IMG/VR virus record: IMGVR_UViG_3300038393_000273
Span: 1-41,771 of that record
Strand: one strand, 5' to 3'
Origin: a virus
Taxonomy: Duplodnaviria > Caudoviricetes
DNA length: 41,771 nucleotides
The position numbers and the translations under genes are program-made. Every line of letters starts with the position of its first letter. Positions within the stretch are counted from its first letter, which is position 1. Shown piece by piece: positions 1 through 8,304 of the stretch. Under the pieces are notes generated by a model that made no database searches, had not been told where the DNA came from, and worked only from the letters and a program-made list of their open reading frames with translations.

Positions 1-127
1 GTTACGACGGAACCCACTGTCAGCGTGAGCGAGCTCAGCGCGGTTGCGACGACTTTCAGTCGATCGATGTGCTTCATTGTCTATCTGTCCTTGGTAAAAA
101 AACGACCCGCACGAGGCGGGCCGCAAA
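1..127. repeat. 127-bp terminal direct repeat, identical to 41645-41771 (circular assembly overlap)
   Basis: gttacgacgg...gggccgcaaa occurs at both ends. It cuts through the start of the 39055..41721 gene, which reads continuously across the junction. Confidence 0.95.
96..124 (-). terminator. Intrinsic terminator after the coat gene
   Basis: Minus strand reads GCGGCCCGC-CTCGT-GCGGGTCGT followed by a T-run. A duplicate copy lies at 41740-41768 in the overlap. Confidence 0.8.
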
Positions 128-162
128 GCCCGGATGAACCGGACGGAGGAGACAACGAGAGA

Positions 163-1437
163 TCAGGTCTGCGAGAACAACTCGATGCCTGTCATCTGCG
201 GCTGCAGGTTGACCAGGCCATAGAAGACGTCCCAGCGGTACTTGGTCGACAGGTCACCGATGGCACCCTGGCGCGCCATGGTCACGGTGATGCCGTTGTC
301 GGTGGTCGCCGACATGACAGCCATGCCCGAGTCCGGAGCCGGCTGATACTTGCCCGGGATGATCTCGAAGGCTTCGTCTTGCCAGAACGGTGCAACGACG
401 CTTGACACGGTGTTGAGCCACGTGATGGCGGCGCCGTTGGCCGGCGTGGCGGTCACGTTCTTGTATTGCAGCTCCGGGTCGGTCGGCGACGAGTCGGCAG
501 CGATGATCGGCGGCGAGATGGTGATGACACCCGAGCCACCCGCGCCGGACACGATGGCGGTGACGCGGAAGGTCTTCAGGTTGCCCGTGTCGGCTTTCGT
601 GATGTGGTGCACCTCGTTGACGCCCGCGATGGTGAACGCGTCGCCGACCTTGACCGTGCCGCTCGTGACAGCGATGGTCAGGTTCTGGAAGCGGTTGTCG
701 ACGTTGCTGATCTCGCCGGTGGCCGCGGTGCTCGTGGCCTTCGGGACATAGCGCTGGTTCCCGCCGTTGACGGTCACGGTCACGCCGGCGGCGGCCGTCA
801 GGCGGTAGCCATAGTCCAGCTTGAACGTGTCGAAGTTGGCGATCTGGCCGACGGCAGCCTTCTCGTACGCGGTCAGGGTCTTGCCAGACAGGGTCTGGCG
901 GCCGGCCAGGTTCGACGCCATGCTGTTGTAGTGGTTGCTCGGCAGGGTCAGCTTGCGGCCGTCCATCTGCACGCCCAGGCGGTTGAACGCGTCATCGATG
1001 GCCGCGACGTCGTCGTAACCCGAGGCGGCGGTCGTGCGCTTGATGACCACGGTGCCGGTCAGCGCGGCCAGGTTCGAGCAGTCGACGTTGATGTCCGAGG
1101 CCAGACGCTGCATTGCAGCCTTGCCCAGGCGCTGCTCCTGGAGGGCGTCGCGCAGTTCGGTCGCCGACATGGTCAGCGGGACCGAGTGGCTGTAGCCCAG
1201 CGATGCCGGGACGGACAGCTGCGTGTAGTTGCGGTTGAAGTTGGCCGACTGGTCGACACCGGTGAACGACTGCGCGACGTACGGCATCGGGCGCCAGAAC
1301 GTGTTGCCCGCGCGTTCGGCTTCGGTGCCGTCGAACGTTTGCTTCTTGAACAGCTTGGAGATGATACCGGCGTCCTGGAAGCCTTCCAGGGCCATGTCGA
1401 ACGCTACTTTTTCCTCTTTCGAGAACGAATTTGCCAT
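163..1437 (-). CDS. Major capsid (coat) protein, P22 gp5-like
   Basis: 424 aa. MANSFSKEE N-terminus, LASDIN motif, GDAFTIAGV insertion and RWDVFYG near the C-terminus. Lies after the scaffold gene and has an AGGAG SD. Confidence 0.9.
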   Translation of the reverse strand: MANSFSKEEKVAFDMALEGFQDAGIISKLFKKQTFDGTEAERAGNTFWRPMPYVAQSFTGVDQSANFNRNYTQLSVPASLGYSHSVPLTMSATELRDALQEQRLGKAAMQRLASDINVDCSNLAALTGTVVIKRTTAASGYDDVAAIDDAFNRLGVQMDGRKLTLPSNHYNSMASNLAGRQTLSGKTLTAYEKAAVGQIANFDTFKLDYGYRLTAAAGVTVTVNGGNQRYVPKATSTAATGEISNVDNRFQNLTIAVTSGTVKVGDAFTIAGVNEVHHITKADTGNLKTFRVTAIVSGAGGSGVITISPPIIAADSSPTDPELQYKNVTATPANGAAITWLNTVSSVVAPFWQDEAFEIIPGKYQPAPDSGMAVMSATTDNGITVTMARQGAIGDLSTKYRWDVFYGLVNLQPQMTGIELFSQT

Positions 1438-1591
1438 GATGGCTCCTAAAACGGTTGAGAGAATTGCGGCCAGTGCCGCGTGCTACTTCGCTCATCCGTT
1501 TCAGGCCGGACGGTGGCCCTTTTACTGCAACTGCCCGTAGGTGGGCGAATCCTTGGTGGCCCCGTCTGACGCGGGGGCCTCACGGCATGCG

Positions 1592-2545
1592 TTACGCTGC
1601 TTGCTTGGCGCGCTGCTCGCGCTTGTACTGGTTGACCTTGGTGCGGTCGCCGGTACGGTCTGCTTCTGCTTCCAAGCGCTCCAGAGTGTTGTCGATGGTC
1701 GCGCCGCCGGCGGTGCCGCGCACCTGACGTTCGGGCGCCGGGGGAGTCTTGCGGGGGACTACTTTCAATTGCGTCTCCAGTTTGCCGATCGCGACCGCGA
1801 ACCGAACCGGGTCCTTAATCGCGGCGAGTTCCTTGGCCTTGGCCGGGTTGCTGCCGAGGGCGTAGATGACCAGTTCGGGCTTGTCGACCGCATGCACGAT
1901 CATGTTCTGCTGCAGCTGGCTCAGAGTGGACTGCACGACGTGCTCAGCGCCGTCGAAGTCGTCGACCTTCAGGGCCGCTTTCGCGGTCTTGTAGGCCGTG
2001 ACCTTCGTATTCCACGCGGCGGCAGCAGCTTCCTGCTCAGCGCGCGCGGCAGCCGCCTGCTCGTCCGCTTTGCGCTTACGCTCGTTCCAGGCCAGCAGTT
2101 CTTCGCCGTACTTCTCGGCGTCGAAGTCGCAGCCTTCCAAGGTCGGCTTCTCGCCCACCTGGACTGTCTGCGGCTGCTGGGTCTGTTTGGTGGCTGCAAG
2201 CTGCTGCTCGAGATCACGCTTTTGACGCTGCAGCTCGCGATGCTCCTTGCGAAGCTCCTTGACCCACGCGGGCGCGGGCTTGCCTTCGATCTCGTCTTCG
2301 GTAGCCGCCGGCGGCATCTCGTCGCCGATGGTCACGATTACGCCGTCGTCGGCGGTTTTGTCTTCAGCTTCGCCGGCGGGCAGCTGCTCACCTTCGGGCG
2401 TCTCGCCCTCGGGCTGCTCGTCGTCCTGATCCTGCGATGCGTCGACCTGCTGGGTTTCGCCAGCGCTACCGCCGGCACTGCCGGTTTCGTCGCCCTGGAA
2501 TTGCTCCCGATACGAACGCTGTTTCCACATCCAGCTTTTATGCAT
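1592..2545 (-). CDS. Scaffolding protein
   Basis: Acidic N-terminus, coiled-coil middle and basic C-terminal helix. Lies between portal and coat. Start placed at MHKSW, which has a GAGG SD. Confidence 0.8.
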   Translation of the reverse strand: MHKSWMWKQRSYREQFQGDETGSAGGSAGETQQVDASQDQDDEQPEGETPEGEQLPAGEAEDKTADDGVIVTIGDEMPPAATEDEIEGKPAPAWVKELRKEHRELQRQKRDLEQQLAATKQTQQPQTVQVGEKPTLEGCDFDAEKYGEELLAWNERKRKADEQAAAARAEQEAAAAAWNTKVTAYKTAKAALKVDDFDGAEHVVQSTLSQLQQNMIVHAVDKPELVIYALGSNPAKAKELAAIKDPVRFAVAIGKLETQLKVVPRKTPPAPERQVRGTAGGATIDNTLERLEAEADRTGDRTKVNQYKREQRAKQAA

Positions 2546-2595
2546 GGTTTCCTCTGTTTGCTCGTCGATAGGCTCAACGGATGCCAATGGGCAAA

Positions 2596-2624
2596 ATGAT
2601 AGGCGGAAACTATTCCTGATGCAA
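2596..2624 (-). promoter_or_regulatory. Putative sigma70-type promoter for scaffold/coat
   Basis: TTGCAT-N17-TATCAT on the minus strand in an AT-rich intergenic gap. Overlaps a 14-bp direct repeat AATGAT(A/C)GGCGGAA. Confidence 0.45.
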
Positions 2625-2674
2625 CAATGATCGGCGGAATTTATTTCGGCGTTGCGCCCGCGCGGCAGAAAGTT

Positions 2675-3124
2675 TTACTGTTCAGCTTCGTCGTCAAGCT
2701 GCAGGACGTCGATTCCCATGCCGCAGTAGACGTCAAACGTGCATGCGACCTCTACGGCACGTCGGGCATCGCAACCTAAATGCATCGCAGCCATCGCGAA
2801 GTCCCGGCCCGACCCCATCGCGATGAACTCGTCCGGGATTGGTTCCGGATATCCTCGTCCCATGCCGTCGTACACGCGCACACCGTCCGGCGCGAACACG
2901 GTCAGGTGGCCGCTCGTGTCCGGATGGTCACCGCGAGGAAACTCTCGAGGGTCGCGCACGCCGCGGCACCACGCCAGCAGAGCATGCGCGTGCGACCCGT
3001 CGCCGCTCAGTGCCACGAGGCCATCAGGCAAACGGAAAATCTTCGTGGCTGAGCGTTTCAAACTGCCTACGGTGGCCTGCCTGTCGGCCGCCAGCATGCG
3101 GCCGTCCCACGCGATGACGGTCAT
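2675..3124 (-). CDS. HslV/proteasome beta-subunit-like Ntn hydrolase
   Basis: Thr directly after the initiator Met. AADRQAT, TKIFRL, ALSG, IAMGSGRDFA and DVYCG motifs occur in the same order as in HslV. Confidence 0.8.
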   Translation of the reverse strand: MTVIAWDGRMLAADRQATVGSLKRSATKIFRLPDGLVALSGDGSHAHALLAWCRGVRDPREFPRGDHPDTSGHLTVFAPDGVRVYDGMGRGYPEPIPDEFIAMGSGRDFAMAAMHLGCDARRAVEVACTFDVYCGMGIDVLQLDDEAEQ

Positions 3125-5229
3125 TGCGTGCTCCCCGGTTGCGTTGCAGCTTGCTGCTGGGACTGCGCCATCTGCTCGCGCGCCAGCGACTGGTCGCCCA
3201 GGTGCTGCGCGACGGCCAGCGCATGGTCGGCGCTGTCCTGCTGGATGCCGGCCAGCTTCACGACCGTGTCGGCCTGGGTGTTCTGGACCTGCGCCGCGGT
3301 GAGTGCGGTCTTGGCCTGCGACTGCTGCGCATCGGCCAGCGCCTTCTGTGCGGACGCCTGCAGGAACTGCGCGTTCGGGTCCGGCTGCTGGTTCTGCGCC
3401 TCGGCGGCCAGTTCCTGCTTCTCGTCATCGGTCGGAGCAATGACGCCCATGCGCACCAGCTTGCGGCGGTAGAACGAGCGGATATCCGACATGCCTTCAC
3501 CTTCCAGATTCATCAGGATCATCGACGTCAGCACGGTCACGGTCTCCGGATCCTGCGTCATCTGCAGGACGTTCGTCAGCTCGCGCACCAGCGCAGCCTT
3601 ACGGCTCACCGACGATGGGCCGACGTCGGGGATCACATCGAAGCGGGCCTTGCTGATGTCGTTGGCGAGGTAGCGCGCGCCGGTTTCCTTATCGATCATC
3701 GGCTTCATCAACTCGACGGTGCCCATCTGGTCCGCGTGGTCGATGGTCTTCATGCGCCGGCCCGGCTCGTGCAGAAGCTCGGACGCCATCGACTGCCAGA
3801 CGTGGCCGACCTGCTTGATCATCTTCTTGAAGTTGTCGATGTAGATGAAGACCTGCATGTCCAGGCGCTGCTGGATCAGCTCGACGGCCTTGCCGGACTG
3901 GTTCGGCTGCAACTGCTCGCCGGCCTGCTGGTTGCCGAGCATGTCTTCGAGCGCCGTGGCAGCCAACTGCGCGAGCGCGGCCATCGCTGGCGGCATGTTC
4001 GGCGCCTTGGTGTAGCCGATGGGCGCGAGAATCTGTTGGCCGGTCGTCGTGTCCAAGATCGGATTGATCAGCAGGTAGGGATACTTCTCGATGGCGTCGT
4101 CGGCCCACATCTGCGCATGGCCGGCGATCTGCTCTGGCGTCAGGATTGGCTTTTCGATATCGAAACGCGCGGCCATCTCCGCGAGCCAGGACTTGATCAT
4201 GTTGTCCAGGACCTGCGCGTCGCGCGCGAGGCGCACGTGGCCTTGGCACCGCTCGATGCCGTCGACGAACCAGCGCTTGCCGTAGAAGGGCACGATCGGA
4301 ATGCACGTGCCGGCGATGTAGCCTTCGTCCGACAGGATGCGCGCGCCGTTCATAATGTACTTGTGCACCTTGCGCACCTTGCGGCGCTTCTCGCGAACCT
4401 TCTGGAAGCCGCGGGCTTCGAGCTCGGCCTGCTTGCCCGGATCGTCCTGCAACTCCTTGTCCGTCACCTCCATCTCGGCCGGCTCGTCGTCGCCCAGTGC
4501 GAGGCCACGGAAGAAGTGCACGAGCTCCGATTTCTCCTCGATCTCGTAGACCTCGGCGATCCACACGACGTCCGGCGTGGTCCAGTCGAACTGATCGCGC
4601 GTGATGAATTTGGGCATGCTGGCCGGATCGTCACCGTATTCCTCCGGATAATCGGCGCGCGGCACCGACGACAGCACGTAGCAGCGGCGCGCGTCAGCCT
4701 TGTCGTACCGCTTGCCGTCCAGGCTGAAGAACACGCACGAGTCGGCCTCATAGATCGGCTCGATGGCGATGCGCTGTCGCGTGTCCTCGTCGTCAAGTTC
4801 GTCCTCGTACCGCGCGCGCAGGCGGATCGCGCCCATGCCGCCGCTCGTACCTTCCTCGAACGCGTTGTCGTACGCCTCCTGCGCGCCGCTGTCCTGCTCA
4901 TCGGCCCGGAAGAGGCCGTCGCACGTGTCGGCCAGCTCGTCGGCCTGCGAACCGTCCTTCGGCACGAAGTCGACCGTGATCCGGTTATTGCGGTATTCGT
5001 TGATAATTCGCAACACCGCGAGATGCGTCTTGTTAAATTCGAATCGCGGCTTGTTTGCAAACTGCTCGCCGACCGGGCCTTCCCACTGCGCGCCCGGGAT
5101 CGAGTAGAAGCGGCGGTCGCTCAAGCACTGGATGCGCGTGTCGCGCGTCGCCTCTTGGATGGCGTCGAAGTCGCGCAGGAAGAAGTCGTGCTTCGCGCTC
5201 AGGCGGTCGGCGTTGCTGGGTCGGCTCAT
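3121..5229 (-). CDS. Portal protein, P22 gp1-like
   Basis: 702 aa. GAQWEG, PIVPFYG and GHVRLARDAQ motifs, and a Q/A-rich C-terminal barrel helix. Lies downstream of terL. Confidence 0.92.
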   Translation of the reverse strand: MSRPSNADRLSAKHDFFLRDFDAIQEATRDTRIQCLSDRRFYSIPGAQWEGPVGEQFANKPRFEFNKTHLAVLRIINEYRNNRITVDFVPKDGSQADELADTCDGLFRADEQDSGAQEAYDNAFEEGTSGGMGAIRLRARYEDELDDEDTRQRIAIEPIYEADSCVFFSLDGKRYDKADARRCYVLSSVPRADYPEEYGDDPASMPKFITRDQFDWTTPDVVWIAEVYEIEEKSELVHFFRGLALGDDEPAEMEVTDKELQDDPGKQAELEARGFQKVREKRRKVRKVHKYIMNGARILSDEGYIAGTCIPIVPFYGKRWFVDGIERCQGHVRLARDAQVLDNMIKSWLAEMAARFDIEKPILTPEQIAGHAQMWADDAIEKYPYLLINPILDTTTGQQILAPIGYTKAPNMPPAMAALAQLAATALEDMLGNQQAGEQLQPNQSGKAVELIQQRLDMQVFIYIDNFKKMIKQVGHVWQSMASELLHEPGRRMKTIDHADQMGTVELMKPMIDKETGARYLANDISKARFDVIPDVGPSSVSRKAALVRELTNVLQMTQDPETVTVLTSMILMNLEGEGMSDIRSFYRRKLVRMGVIAPTDDEKQELAAEAQNQQPDPNAQFLQASAQKALADAQQSQAKTALTAAQVQNTQADTVVKLAGIQQDSADHALAVAQHLGDQSLAREQMAQSQQQAATQPGSTQ

Positions 5230-5302
5230 GGCTGATGCCTCTCGGAATGAATTTCCGATAGTCTACAGCTATCAAATGCCGACAGGAAATAGGGGCGGTC
5301 GG

Positions 5303-5668
5303 TTATCCGGACTGGCCCGGCACTTCGTCGCCGAATTTCGACGCCACGTAGGCGCGCATGGCGGCGATCAGCAGGGTCGGCCCACGCATTTCGTCGTATG
5401 CAGTGGTGTCGACGTAACTGCATGTTGGGTTCTTCTGCACAAAAGCGGCCCATCCGCCAGCACCGTCGGGGAAGGCAACGATGCGCTCTCGCTCGATCAT
5501 CGGCCCCGCATGCGCCCAGTGCGTAGACGGCCTGAACGGCGTTCCGCTCGCAAGCTGGAAGTAGTCCAGATTACATGGCGAGTATGACTTGATGATCTGG
5601 CCATCCGCGCCGTTTGCCTTCGCCACCCAGTAGTCCAGCACCGCACCTTCGAGTTCTGATACCTTCAT
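5303..5668 (-). CDS. NinX/DUF2591-family protein
   Basis: LEGAVLDYWVAKA, PSTHWAHAGPMIERERI and GPTLLIAAMRAYVASKFGDEV motifs. Confidence 0.75.
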   Translation of the reverse strand: MKVSELEGAVLDYWVAKANGADGQIIKSYSPCNLDYFQLASGTPFRPSTHWAHAGPMIERERIVAFPDGAGGWAAFVQKNPTCSYVDTTAYDEMRGPTLLIAAMRAYVASKFGDEVPGQSG

Positions 5669-6030
5669 GCCATGGCCTTGCCGATCTCGGCCGCCGCTCG
5701 GACGATCGCGCGACGCGTGGCGGCGAAGTCATCGGGGATGACTTCGGATTCGTTGGCGCCCGACGTAACACTTGGGAATACGGTGAATGGGCCTTCTGCG
5801 GGATCGCCTGAAGTGCAATAAGCAGCGCCGGCAGAAACATGCTCGTTCCACACAGTTAGTTGCAACTTCACCGCGAGGCGCAGCGCGTCGCCATCGTTGT
5901 GCAGCGGATTCCATGCAAACGGCGCGCTATGCGGCCGCATCACTTCCAGCCCGAACTGGAAATCGTAGTGCCCGACATTGCGCAGGTCTGCCGCTTTCGC
6001 AGCGAAAATCACAAGTTCACGATCCGTCAT
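5665..6030 (-). CDS. Phage protein, NinX/ABA-sandwich-related
   Basis: MTDRELVIFAAKAA, WNPLHNDGDALRLAVKL and ATRRAIVRAAAEIG motifs. GGAGG SD before ATG 6030. Confidence 0.65.
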   Translation of the reverse strand: MTDRELVIFAAKAADLRNVGHYDFQFGLEVMRPHSAPFAWNPLHNDGDALRLAVKLQLTVWNEHVSAGAAYCTSGDPAEGPFTVFPSVTSGANESEVIPDDFAATRRAIVRAAAEIGKAMA

Positions 6031-6056
6031 CACCCCTCCGTTGTCATCCCGAGATT

Positions 6057-7502
6057 CTACCGGCGGCGGAACGCTGATGCCGAGGGAATCGGTGTCGCGG
6101 CCTGGATCTGCTTCGGTTTGTCGCGGACCATGAACGACATCATGAGCGAGTCGGCCATGTTCGGCGATGGGACCTTCTTGGCGCGCATCTCGTCCTTGCT
6201 CACGAGCTGGATCATCTTCGAGCCGGACGTGCGCTTGCGCTGCTGGCGGACCAACTCTGTTTTCAACTGCTGCAGGTCCTTGATGTCGCTCGACAGGCTG
6301 ATCATCGTGGCCGGGTCGTGGTACTCGCCTTTGACGACCGCTTCGTACGTGCGCCGGAAGCGGTCGGCCAGCAGCCACCAGCCCATGGCTCGAAGGTTCC
6401 GGAAGACGTCCTCGTTCTTACGGTCGCCCTCATAGACGCCTGGCCACGGCGAGTCGCCGGCGCCGAAGCCCTGCACGTCAATGTTCCTGCCCGCAATGCG
6501 CTCCTTCAGACCGACCTTGACGCCGGCGCCGACACCGATGCTGTCGTAGACGATGATGTCGGCCCTGTAGTCGAAGGCGTCGTCGAACGTGCGCGTGATC
6601 GCGTCATCGATATCGCCGTCGCTCCAGCGCTTCACGTCCTCGACGAGCATGCCATAGCGCTTCGTCAGGCCCTTGGCATCGGCGCCGCTGTCGGCCGGGT
6701 CGAACCCGATCACTCGGTCACCGCGCGGCGTGTAGTTTAGGCGCTTGTGCGCGTCGATGGCGGCGTCGACCCATTCCGGCTCGATGACAGAGTCTTCGTA
6801 GTCGGCATTACATTCGCCTTCCCACACGTGCAGGTACTTCTTGTAGTTCGCGGCCTTGTCGCGCTCCATCTCGATGCGCAGGACCTCGGGGAAGCGAGGG
6901 TTGTCGCGCCAGGAAACCTTCCGAACGTAGATATAGTCGTCCTCGTAGTAGCCAGGCCGGCCAGCGGCGACCTCTCGATTGATATGCTCGATGTAGGGCA
7001 GGACGAAACGCGCATACGTCGGAGCGTCCGGCTCGCCCGGGTTGAAGCTGATCCAGATTTCCGAGTTGGCTTCGCGCACGGTCGGGATCAGCACCTTCCA
7101 GCTTTCCTCTGAGACGTTCTCGGCCTCCTCGATCCAGACCTTGTTAAAGCCGAATTTTGACTTGAGCGATGTGATGTTGCGAGACAGGCCAACGAACTTG
7201 AAACAGGACCCATTGCGGCCGTAGATGCCGTCTCGCTGTACGTCGAAGAAGTCCTGCAGCCCGAACTTCTCGATCTTGGCCACCAGCAGGGCCTGGCTCG
7301 ACTCTTCGATGGAGTTCATGAACTCGCGTCCGCACAGAATCCTGTCGCCGTGCTGCCACGCGAACCAGACGAGGATTTCCGCGATCTCTTCCGACTTCGC
7401 GCCGCCGCGGCCCCCGAACGGGACCTTGATGCGTTTCGGGTACAGGAGAAACTCGAACGCCTCGAACAGCTCGATCTCCAGGCTCTCCGCTCGCGCGTTC
7501 AT
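6057..7502 (-). CDS. Terminase large subunit (PBSX-like family)
   Basis: Walker A GGRGGAKS, Walker B VWIEEAE, coupling motif SFNP, and nuclease motifs GFDPA and SPNMADSL. Confidence 0.95.
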   Translation of the reverse strand: MNARAESLEIELFEAFEFLLYPKRIKVPFGGRGGAKSEEIAEILVWFAWQHGDRILCGREFMNSIEESSQALLVAKIEKFGLQDFFDVQRDGIYGRNGSCFKFVGLSRNITSLKSKFGFNKVWIEEAENVSEESWKVLIPTVREANSEIWISFNPGEPDAPTYARFVLPYIEHINREVAAGRPGYYEDDYIYVRKVSWRDNPRFPEVLRIEMERDKAANYKKYLHVWEGECNADYEDSVIEPEWVDAAIDAHKRLNYTPRGDRVIGFDPADSGADAKGLTKRYGMLVEDVKRWSDGDIDDAITRTFDDAFDYRADIIVYDSIGVGAGVKVGLKERIAGRNIDVQGFGAGDSPWPGVYEGDRKNEDVFRNLRAMGWWLLADRFRRTYEAVVKGEYHDPATMISLSSDIKDLQQLKTELVRQQRKRTSGSKMIQLVSKDEMRAKKVPSPNMADSLMMSFMVRDKPKQIQAATPIPSASAFRRR

Positions 7503-8053
7503 GCCGGCCGCACAATCTTAAAGATGGTCCCGCGCTCTGGGTTCGCCGGGCTGGCTTGGTCATTCGCGCGCTTGTTCAGGTCGTCGACCGTATCCTTGTT
7601 CGCCTTGAGCAGGTTCAGGCCGATTTCACTGGCTTCGTTCGCCATCTTGGTCAGGACTGCGATGTTGCCGAGCGCATTGCGGCTCTCCTCGCTCATGGGT
7701 GCGCCGTCGTCGATCTCGGAAGCCTTGTTGTGTGCGATACCGGACAGTCGGTGCGCGGTGGCGGCGCCGAACCGCGCAGCGCCCGCCAAGTGCTGACTGA
7801 TCGCCTTCAGGTCGTCGGCAAGCGAACGTGCGGCTATTTGTTCGGAAATGTTCAGTTTCGACAGTGCGTTCTCTGCTGCAACTATTTGATTCGCTGCATC
7901 TTTTACGTTCTGAACGCGTTCGGAAAAGCGGCCCGATATCGTGGACTTGCTGACACCGAACTCCCGGGCGAGCGCGGACGGGGACTCACCGGCAAGCAGG
8001 CGCTTGCCGATCCGTTCCCATTGTGCGTCTGTCAACTTGGATTGGCGGCCCAT
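7499..8053 (-). CDS. Terminase small subunit
   Basis: N-terminal GRQSKLT followed by an HTH (SALAREFGVSKSTIS). Overlaps the terL start by 4 nt. Confidence 0.75.
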   Translation of the reverse strand: MGRQSKLTDAQWERIGKRLLAGESPSALAREFGVSKSTISGRFSERVQNVKDAANQIVAAENALSKLNISEQIAARSLADDLKAISQHLAGAARFGAATAHRLSGIAHNKASEIDDGAPMSEESRNALGNIAVLTKMANEASEIGLNLLKANKDTVDDLNKRANDQASPANPERGTIFKIVRPA

Positions 8054-8128
8054 GTGTTATCTCTGCTGTGATGCCTCAATTTTGCCACCAGTCAACGCCC
8101 GGCGAAAGCACGGACGTTTCCCGGGTGG

Positions 8129-8302
8129 TCATAGTTTCCCCCTCCGGACGCGCTCAATCGTCGCTTCCACCTTGCCGTCTGCCCAGGTCAGCAGGTCAAT
8201 CTCGATTCCACGCTTGGCGGCCTCGGTGCGGATTCGAGTGAGCGCGGACACGATCATGCGAGCGTCGGCGGCCAGCTCCTGGTCGGTCTTGTCGGCGAAC
8301 AT
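8129..8302 (-). CDS. Small hypothetical protein (57 aa, below the ORF-track cutoff)
   Basis: MFADKTDQELAADARMIVSALTRIRTEAAKRGIEIDLL..., translated by hand. Starts 2 nt after the upstream stop. Confidence 0.6.
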   Translation of the reverse strand: MFADKTDQELAADARMIVSALTRIRTEAAKRGIEIDLLTWADGKVEATIERVRRGKL

Positions 8303-8304
8303 GA

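Noticed and set aside
1-127. Terminal repeat as a biological direct terminal repeat or att duplication
   Set aside because: 127 nt is a common assembler k-mer length, the repeat falls inside a gene start far from int, and P22-like phages are usually circularly permuted.
3124-5235. 703-aa ORF antisense to the portal gene, and similar long antisense ORFs (466..1449, 1541..2599, 11479..12900, 28092..29801, 32465..33724)
   Set aside because: These are in-register shadows of genes with strong GC3 bias, with no motifs or SD. They are expected in GC-rich DNA.
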